Of a DNA stretch of 64,000 nt, positions 58,807-64,000 are shown piece by piece. The notes beneath the pieces were generated by a model. That model searched no databases, was not told the origin of the DNA, and worked only from the letters and a program-made list of their open reading frames with translations. Each line of letters starts with the position of its first letter. Position 1 is the first letter of the stretch. The position numbers and the translations under genes are program-made. This DNA comes from Candidatus Nanoarchaeia archaeon (GTDB lineage Archaea > Nanobdellota > Nanobdellia > Woesearchaeales > ARS49), in assembly GCA_041489925.1 (NCBI GenBank), contig JBGPSD010000005.1, forward strand, positions 1,581 through 65,580. Direction: 5' to 3'.

Positions 58807-59670
58807 TTAATCGTGCCCCCTTGGTGCGCCGCCAAAACGCCTTGGCGGACCGTGCCTTGCGTGCGGTCTTGGACCGTCGAAATCCCTGCGCTCGCGGAAT
58901 TCCCTTCTTTCCTCCTGCGGAGGCTCGTGGAATTCCTCTGAAGTGCTGGCTGTCACAACAGGTATTTCAACAGGCTTTCCTGTCGCCTGCTCGAGGTATG
59001 CCTTCATCCGTTCAGTAAGGCCTGGCAAATGCGCCTCTTCCTCGACTTTCTTGATTGCATTGACTGCCTGCATTTCCTGCTCAGGCGAAGGTCCCTGGAC
59101 CCATATCCAGCCGTTCTGCCCGACAGAGATGTCGCAGCCTGTTGCGTTCTTTATCATCATGACCATGCTGCCTTCCTTTCCGATGACGCGCGGAACCTTG
59201 TGGGGGTTTACCTCAACAAGCCTTCCGTCCTTGAGCTTCTTCACCCCTGGCGCCTTCATCGTGACGTCAATGAGCTTCTGGCTCGTGACATTGATGACCT
59301 TGCAGAGGATATACTCCCCAATGCCATAGTACTGCGTCAGGTCAGATGACCTTGGGATGAACTCTGCTGTTGCATCCTTCAATCCCAGAACTGCGCTGTA
59401 AGGGCTTCGCGTCTCAATGCGCCACCCTGTCATCAGCACGTCGATAACCTTTCCGATTATCTTGTCATTCAGCTTTGGGACATACGCGCCTGTGAGCGGT
59501 ATCAGCTTGATGACCTTTCCTTCGATGCTTATCATTCCGAACCTGCCCGCGTGGATTTTTGCGCCCTCGCGATACAGGCCTTTGCTTGGCAGGAATCCCA
59601 TTCCATCTGCCACTATCTCACCAGGAACAACGATATCGCGTTCCTTGACATTCAGTGTTTCATCACTCAT
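58807..59670 (-). CDS. rrp4: exosome RNA-binding subunit Rrp4
   Basis: N-terminal domain plus S1 (GKVIDVLMTGWRIE) plus KH (VIGKEGSMVMMIKNATGC). Arg-rich tail. Confidence 0.9.
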   Translation of the reverse strand: MSDETLNVKERDIVVPGEIVADGMGFLPSKGLYREGAKIHAGRFGMISIEGKVIKLIPLTGAYVPKLNDKIIGKVIDVLMTGWRIETRSPYSAVLGLKDATAEFIPRSSDLTQYYGIGEYILCKVINVTSQKLIDVTMKAPGVKKLKDGRLVEVNPHKVPRVIGKEGSMVMMIKNATGCDISVGQNGWIWVQGPSPEQEMQAVNAIKKVEEEAHLPGLTERMKAYLEQATGKPVEIPVVTASTSEEFHEPPQEERREFRERRDFDGPRPHARHGPPRRFGGAPRGHD

Positions 59671-59693
59671 ATTATTTCACTCCGTGTTTGTTT

Positions 59694-60392
59694 TTATCCG
59701 TTTACCCTGACTACTTTTGAAATAAGCTCTCCGTGCGTTGCCGCATTGAGCTTGTCATACAGCTCCTGCTCCATCCCACCGGCAATCTCAAGGACTCCCT
59801 TCCAGGAGCCGTCGCTCTGCCACGACTCTGACAGGATTTTGCCGAAGTGCTTTATGAGGCTGTATGCCTTTGACGCATACTGCGCCGGAATTATGAGCTC
59901 GATTTCCTTCATCTCGAACTTGATGGGCAGGATGGGCCTCAATGCCTTCAATACGTCCTGCACCTGCTGTTCGACAGGCTTGAACTCGTCAATGCGCACC
60001 TTTGCCTCAACCAGCGCTGCTTCAATCCTCTGCGCAGGGTGCGGCGTGTGCGTCCTTGGGTCAACGCCATTGCACCTTATGAACTCGATAATCTGGAGCC
60101 GTTTCTGGTCCATGAGCTTCTGGCGGTACTCTGAGGTGACTTGTATGTTTCCGTCAACAACTATCTTTTTCGCGACTTCCAATGCGTCAGTTGTGCCGAA
60201 GATTGCCTGCATTCTTTGCTCGGATGCAAGCATTCCTTTCTTTGCGTCGCTGAAAATCTTCTGGACTTTCAGCGCGTCCCTTATGTCAGCCTTGCCGTGC
60301 CTTGCGGCAATCGCCTTTTCCGGGTCGATTACGATTTCAAACACGTCCGAGCCCTTTTTGAGCCGGGCGGTATTCATGTGTTCTTCTGTCAT
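59694..60392 (-). CDS. sdo1: SBDS-family ribosome maturation protein
   Basis: FYSH-domain N-terminus (ARLKKGSDVFEIVIDPEKA...IFSDAKKG). Conserved position between psmA and rrp4. Confidence 0.9.
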   Translation of the reverse strand: MTEEHMNTARLKKGSDVFEIVIDPEKAIAARHGKADIRDALKVQKIFSDAKKGMLASEQRMQAIFGTTDALEVAKKIVVDGNIQVTSEYRQKLMDQKRLQIIEFIRCNGVDPRTHTPHPAQRIEAALVEAKVRIDEFKPVEQQVQDVLKALRPILPIKFEMKEIELIIPAQYASKAYSLIKHFGKILSESWQSDGSWKGVLEIAGGMEQELYDKLNAATHGELISKVVRVNG

Positions 60393-61147
60393 TTCCTCTT
60401 AACTTCCTTCAGCACCCGGTCAATGTTTGCCCGCTGCATTTCCTTCAGGACCTTTTCGTCGGTCTTGATGTATGCCGCGGCAATACGCTCGACGGAGAAA
60501 TTCTTGTCAAGCACCTGGCTCAAAGCGCGGAGCGCAAGCCTGAGGCCATCCTCGATGGTCATGTTATCCTTGTACTCGCGTGCAAGGATTTCCTCAATTT
60601 CCGGCTCTCCTTCGCCTATCACAGTTGCCCTGAACTGGAAGAATATTCCTGTCGGGTCTGTTTCGTAAACCTTTGGCCCATCGGTGTCAATGCCAGCCAC
60701 GATGAGGCTGACTCCAAACGGCCTTAAGCCGCCTGACTGCGTGCACACCTGCTTTAATGCGCAGATGTCCTTGACAACGCTGATTGTGTCAATTGGCGTA
60801 TCATAAGTCACGGCGTGCTGCTGCGCCTTGATTTGCGCCCTTTCAATAAGCACTCTTGCGTCAGAGATTATTCCTGACGCTGTTGCCGCGATGTGGTCAT
60901 CAATCTTGAAGATTTTCTCAACAGATTCAGGGATGACCATCTTGTCAACTATCCTCTTGTCAGCCACAAGAATAACACCGTCAGAACAAACCATTCCTAT
61001 CGCAGTGCTTCCCTGCCTGACTGTCTTCTTTGCGTATTCAACCTGGAGCAGTCTTCCGTCCGGGCTGAACATCGTGATTGCGCGGTCATAGCCCATCAAC
61101 TGGTGGGGCATTGGCTGCGCGCTTGCTTCTTCTTCGCCTTTTTTCAT
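60389..61147 (-). CDS. psmA: proteasome subunit alpha
   Basis: YDRAITMFSPDGRLLQVEYA alpha-subunit signature. Confidence 0.95.
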   Translation of the reverse strand: MKKGEEEASAQPMPHQLMGYDRAITMFSPDGRLLQVEYAKKTVRQGSTAIGMVCSDGVILVADKRIVDKMVIPESVEKIFKIDDHIAATASGIISDARVLIERAQIKAQQHAVTYDTPIDTISVVKDICALKQVCTQSGGLRPFGVSLIVAGIDTDGPKVYETDPTGIFFQFRATVIGEGEPEIEEILAREYKDNMTIEDGLRLALRALSQVLDKNFSVERIAAAYIKTDEKVLKEMQRANIDRVLKEVKRK

Positions 61148-61154
61148 TTCTTCA

Positions 61155-61508
61155 TCACCCTGCCACGTAGTTTGTTGCTTTTTTCAAAGAGCCTGAAACG
61201 CCGACGCTTCGGACTGTTGCCGGCATCGCATCAATCTCTTGGATTAAAGTTAAGCTTGCTTTCAATGAATCAACCTGCCTGTTGTTTACTTTTACTATTC
61301 CCCTCTGCGTTTGAGGGTTATATTTCTCCGGAAGGAGCATTATACCTGCCTGCGCAGTGCCCTTTGTGCCTGTAAATGAGAGCATTCCCTGCCAGATTGC
61401 CTTGGATACGCTTGAATAGTCCTTAATTCTGCTTTTAGATAGCACTTCGAACGCTAAATAGCGCTTTTTCTCCCTCAAACTCGGCAGAATTGCCTTAATC
61501 TTTGCCAT
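61155..61508 (-). CDS. rnp2: RNase P protein component 2 (Pop5)
   Basis: LPSLREKKRYLAFEV... Pop5 pattern. Position upstream of psmA. Confidence 0.8.
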   Translation of the reverse strand: MAKIKAILPSLREKKRYLAFEVLSKSRIKDYSSVSKAIWQGMLSFTGTKGTAQAGIMLLPEKYNPQTQRGIVKVNNRQVDSLKASLTLIQEIDAMPATVRSVGVSGSLKKATNYVAG

Positions 61509-61697
61509 TTGGCCTTTTCACCTTTATAACACCGTTCATTGGTGAGAAAAACACAAATACAGTCTTCGCGTCCCTTTTCTCACTTACAATTTTGAGAGGT
61601 GGTGGGTATTTATTAAGATTGCGGTCTTATTAGTTACTGATGATTAACCCCTCTAAAGTAGTAACATTAATATAGGAGTAGTGCTTTTACCACTGTT

Positions 61698-62126
61698 ATG
61701 AGCGCAGACACAATTTACAGGATTGTTCTTGTAGACAATGACGCACTGCCAAGGAGAATTGCGCGTGGAATTTGCGAGTTAATCGCGCAAGAGATTTCAC
61801 AAAGGGTGGAGATTCAAGAGTTTGACGATGGTGTTCCAGCGTGGAATTATTTGAGCCAGCTTCAGGAGCCCCCTCACCTGCTTCTCACTGATATGAATAT
61901 GAATGTGATGTATGGCGATGAGCTGATTGAGAAAGTGCAGGCAAAGTTTCCGCGCGACAGGTTTCCTTCCTTGAACATAATCCTTGCTTCTGACACGTCT
62001 GCTGAAATGGCTGAATCAATGGCAGGGATGGCTGAATCGAACGGCTATGCGTTCCTTAGAAAGCCGTATGAAATTTCCGCGCTCAAGGAACACGTGAAGA
62101 AGTGCGCGCCAAAGCCTGCGGCTTAA
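61698..62126 (+). CDS. stand-alone response-regulator receiver domain
   Basis: VLVDND, phospho-acceptor context LLLTDMNM, ILASDTS, FLRKPY. Confidence 0.75.
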   Translation: MSADTIYRIVLVDNDALPRRIARGICELIAQEISQRVEIQEFDDGVPAWNYLSQLQEPPHLLLTDMNMNVMYGDELIEKVQAKFPRDRFPSLNIILASDTSAEMAESMAGMAESNGYAFLRKPYEISALKEHVKKCAPKPAA

Positions 62127-62128
62127 GT

Positions 62129-62136
62129 TTTATAAA
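62129..62136 (+). promoter_or_regulatory. TATA box for the 62159 gene
   Basis: TTTATAAA lies 22 nt upstream of the ATG at 62159. Confidence 0.55.
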
Positions 62137-62158
62137 CAGCCCGCTGTTTTTTGTTCTT

Positions 62159-62569
62159 ATGACTGGAGAACCTGATATTCTGGTATGGGTGGCAGACCCA
62201 GGCACACTTGTTGACAAGGTCGTGCAGACTGCTTTGGAAAGCCAAAAGATGCGCGGAGTAAACGTCGTTCAGTATCCCCATCATGCAGAATTGATTGACA
62301 AGCTAAACACGCTGCCACCTAATGAAAAACCTGATGCTGTCCTCGTAAGCAGTTTTGCATCGCCTGTTGTTGATGCAATCATGAGCAATTGGAAACACAC
62401 AGGAATTGCAGTTTCTTATTATTCCTGGGAAAACATGAAACCGCAGGCAGAAAAGGAGCTTGTGCATTATATTCACAAGGACGACCATGCAGGCCTTGCA
62501 GCATTCCTTACAGGCGTGCGCAAAATGAAGGAGTACAGCCAAAGGGCAGACAAGGCACTTCTGCAATGA
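62159..62569 (+). CDS. receiver-like protein lacking an obvious phospho-acceptor Asp
   Basis: Trimmed to MTGEPDILVWVADPG... using promoter spacing. Receiver-like alternation, but LVSSFASP sits at the acceptor position. Confidence 0.45.
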   Translation: MTGEPDILVWVADPGTLVDKVVQTALESQKMRGVNVVQYPHHAELIDKLNTLPPNEKPDAVLVSSFASPVVDAIMSNWKHTGIAVSYYSWENMKPQAEKELVHYIHKDDHAGLAAFLTGVRKMKEYSQRADKALLQ

Positions 62570-62571
62570 GT

Positions 62572-62579
62572 TTTATAAA
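62572..62579 (+). promoter_or_regulatory. TATA box for the 62602 gene
   Basis: TTTATAAA lies 22 nt upstream of the ATG at 62602. Confidence 0.55.
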
Positions 62580-62601
62580 TGGGCAATAATTTCCTGCTTC
62601 T

Positions 62602-62961
62602 ATGAGTGGAGAAAAATCAGTCTGGATTGTTGACTCTGGGCCTATTGAGGATAAAATGCGCCTGGAGCTCGAGCAGAAAGTGCCTGGTGTTGCTGTTACT
62701 GCGTTCCAAAGTGTCTGCGACGCTGTTGATGCATTGCGAAGCGGACAGAAGCCGCAGGTTATCCTCGGAAATGACCGCTCTTGGGAACTGATGCTTGAAC
62801 TCCTTTACCAGCCAAGCAAGTATCACGGAATAATTCCTGCTTATGTTTCAGAACAGGACCTTTCACAGCTTGCGGCCACGCATCATGTCGGGTATGTGAA
62901 AATAGGCAAGGAAGGCAGCTTTGACGGCCTTGCTGAATTTGTGCAGAAGTGGGCGCAGTGA
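62602..62961 (+). CDS. receiver-like protein (degenerate)
   Basis: VWIVDSGP...VILGNDRSW... has similar length and pattern to the two upstream genes. Confidence 0.45.
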   Translation: MSGEKSVWIVDSGPIEDKMRLELEQKVPGVAVTAFQSVCDAVDALRSGQKPQVILGNDRSWELMLELLYQPSKYHGIIPAYVSEQDLSQLAATHHVGYVKIGKEGSFDGLAEFVQKWAQ

Positions 62962-63010
62962 GTTGTTTTCCAAAACCTTTTTAACCACATTATTGATTTT
63001 CAAGGGTATT

Positions 63011-63100
63011 GGGCTCTTAGCTCAGTCTGGTAGAGCATTCGGCTCTTACGCTTATTGCGCAGAAACCGAATGGCCAAGGGTTCAAATCCCTTAGAGCCCG
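63011..63100 (+). tRNA. tRNA-Lys (anticodon CUU) with a 16-nt intron
   Basis: Hand fold: acceptor GGGCUCU/AGAGCCC, D arm GCUC-AGUCUGGUA-GAGC, anticodon stem UUCGG/CCGAA with loop CUCUUA[intron]A, T arm AAGGG-UUCAAAU-CCCUU, discriminator G. Confidence 0.85.
63049..63064 (+). other. putative tRNA intron at canonical position 37/38
   Basis: CGCUUAUUGCGCAGAA interrupts the anticodon loop and contains an internal CGC/GCG helix. Exact boundaries not verified by a BHB fold. Confidence 0.6.
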
Positions 63101-63178
63101 TAATGAGTAACAACGAATGGAGGAATCTAAGGCTGGACGACCGCTGTCGGCCGCTGCCTTAGAGCCCGTAATGAGTAA
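63089..63178 (+). repeat. structured insertion E5 with duplicated tRNA-Lys 3' end plus downstream gene start
   Basis: 22-nt CCTTAGAGCCCGTAATGAGTAA occurs at 63089-63110 and 63157-63178. The 46-nt insert CAACGAATGGAGGAATCTAAGGCTGGACGACCGCTGTCGGCCGCTG contains an antisense TCTAAGG and ends in GTCGGCCGCTG like E2/E3. Confidence 0.8.
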
Positions 63179-63905
63179 AACATTATTGTGTCCATTATTT
63201 GTATTCTTGCTCCTGCTTACAGCCTGCGTTCCAAAGCCAGAGCCATATGTCCTTGAAGACCGCGAGCCTTCATCGTCGAATATCACGCAGGAAATTGCCC
63301 AGCTCGAGGAGCAGGCAAAGGCGCAGGTACGGGCGCAGTTTGAAGCAGCAGAGCAGAAAAAACAGGAACAGCAACAGGAAGCGCAAAAGCCTGCAGAGGA
63401 GCCAAAGCCCCAGGTTACAGTCCAGCAGGGGGTGCAAACAGCGTCTGTCCCTCTGGGGGTTTATCCCGATTACTTCATGGACGGCGATGCTTTCAAGTCA
63501 AACTTCATAACAGTTGTCGGCGAGGAAGCGCCGTCAAGCTATGTTGTCGCTGTCTCCAACCTGATGGCCCGCAGTCCTGGAACCAAGCCGACAGGATTCA
63601 GCATGCTCGCGAGCGAAATTAATGATTTGTCAAAGTATAACATTGTTGTTGCGGGAACAGCCTGCAATAATGAGGTTGTTGAGAAATTGCTGGGCACTCC
63701 AATACCCTGCGACACTGCTCCTTTGCCGTCGGGAAAAGGGCTTATCAGGCTGTATGAGTCTGCAAACGGAAATGTCGTGCTTCTTGCAGCAGGAAAGACA
63801 GACGCGCTTGTAATCGCAGCTGTGAACGCAATCGGCACAGACCAGTTTATCAGCGTGACAGGCAATGAGATTTGCGTGCAGGGAACAACACTCGTTGCGT
63901 GCTGA
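63171..63905 (+). CDS. lipoprotein, hypothetical
   Basis: Trimmed to MSKTLLCPLFVFLLLLTAC (lipobox LLTAC). The ATG lies inside the second repeat copy. Has a Gln/Glu/Lys-rich linker and then a globular part. Confidence 0.6.
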   Translation: MSKTLLCPLFVFLLLLTACVPKPEPYVLEDREPSSSNITQEIAQLEEQAKAQVRAQFEAAEQKKQEQQQEAQKPAEEPKPQVTVQQGVQTASVPLGVYPDYFMDGDAFKSNFITVVGEEAPSSYVVAVSNLMARSPGTKPTGFSMLASEINDLSKYNIVVAGTACNNEVVEKLLGTPIPCDTAPLPSGKGLIRLYESANGNVVLLAAGKTDALVIAAVNAIGTDQFISVTGNEICVQGTTLVAC

Positions 63906-64000
63906 TTCTGACCACTGAGACAAAAAAATCATAAGGTTAATATACTAGTTGTTACTACCTAGTAGCTATGAACTCCGAACTTGAGACTGCAGTCGACCAG

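Noticed and set aside
61620-61690. Possible C/D-box sRNA (CTGATGA at about 61639) in the spacer between pop5 and the receiver gene.
   Set aside because: No matching D box (CTGA) at a suitable distance and no terminal stem beyond a short GTTACT/AGTAAC pairing. Insufficient evidence.
63968-64000. ORF starting at the ATG at 63968 (MNSELETAVDQ...) and running off the right edge.
   Set aside because: Only 11 codons are visible, too little to support a call.

Overview
This window is an archaeal chromosomal segment. Archaeal markers present are TFB, family-B DNA polymerase, Cbf5, the Pop5-PsmA-SBDS-Rrp4-Rrp41-Rrp42-RpoK superoperon, r-proteins S6e/S19e/L31e/L39e, Pth2 and an intron-containing tRNA-Lys. 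Genes are tightly packed. Many look leaderless, with a TTTATAAA-type box 21-23 nt upstream of the ATG; I used this to trim several over-extended ORF-track starts. Many small Cys-rich secreted proteins, an AMP phosphorylase and extended r-protein tails would fit a small-genome DPANN-like archaeon, but that is inference only. Core genes alternate with accessory patches that look more AT-rich by eye: three toxin-antitoxin-like modules, a radical SAM gene, a Qng1/DUF2419-like gene, an alpha/beta hydrolase island, a six-gene MoxR-DUF58-VWA (Bat-like) operon and two clusters of Cys-rich surface proteins. Four observations stand out. (1) Short structured insertions with a sense / antisense / sense layout duplicate gene termini. 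They occur at the 3' ends of all three tRNAs, the 5' end of tRNA-Ser, the start of deoA, and in frame inside two protein genes. Four copies share a 12-nt loop, GAGCAUCAGCGA (GAGCAGGGGCGA in one), closed by covarying stems. (2) A second double-hairpin element (core GAGCAYGCTCA) also sits in frame in coding sequence. (3) A 784-aa protein has a complete bacterial sigma-70 module inside this archaeal context. (4) Small gene cassettes are inserted at the 3' ends of cbf5 and a DUF357 gene, flanked by duplicated gene ends. No CRISPR array, rRNA, integrase or transposase was recognised.
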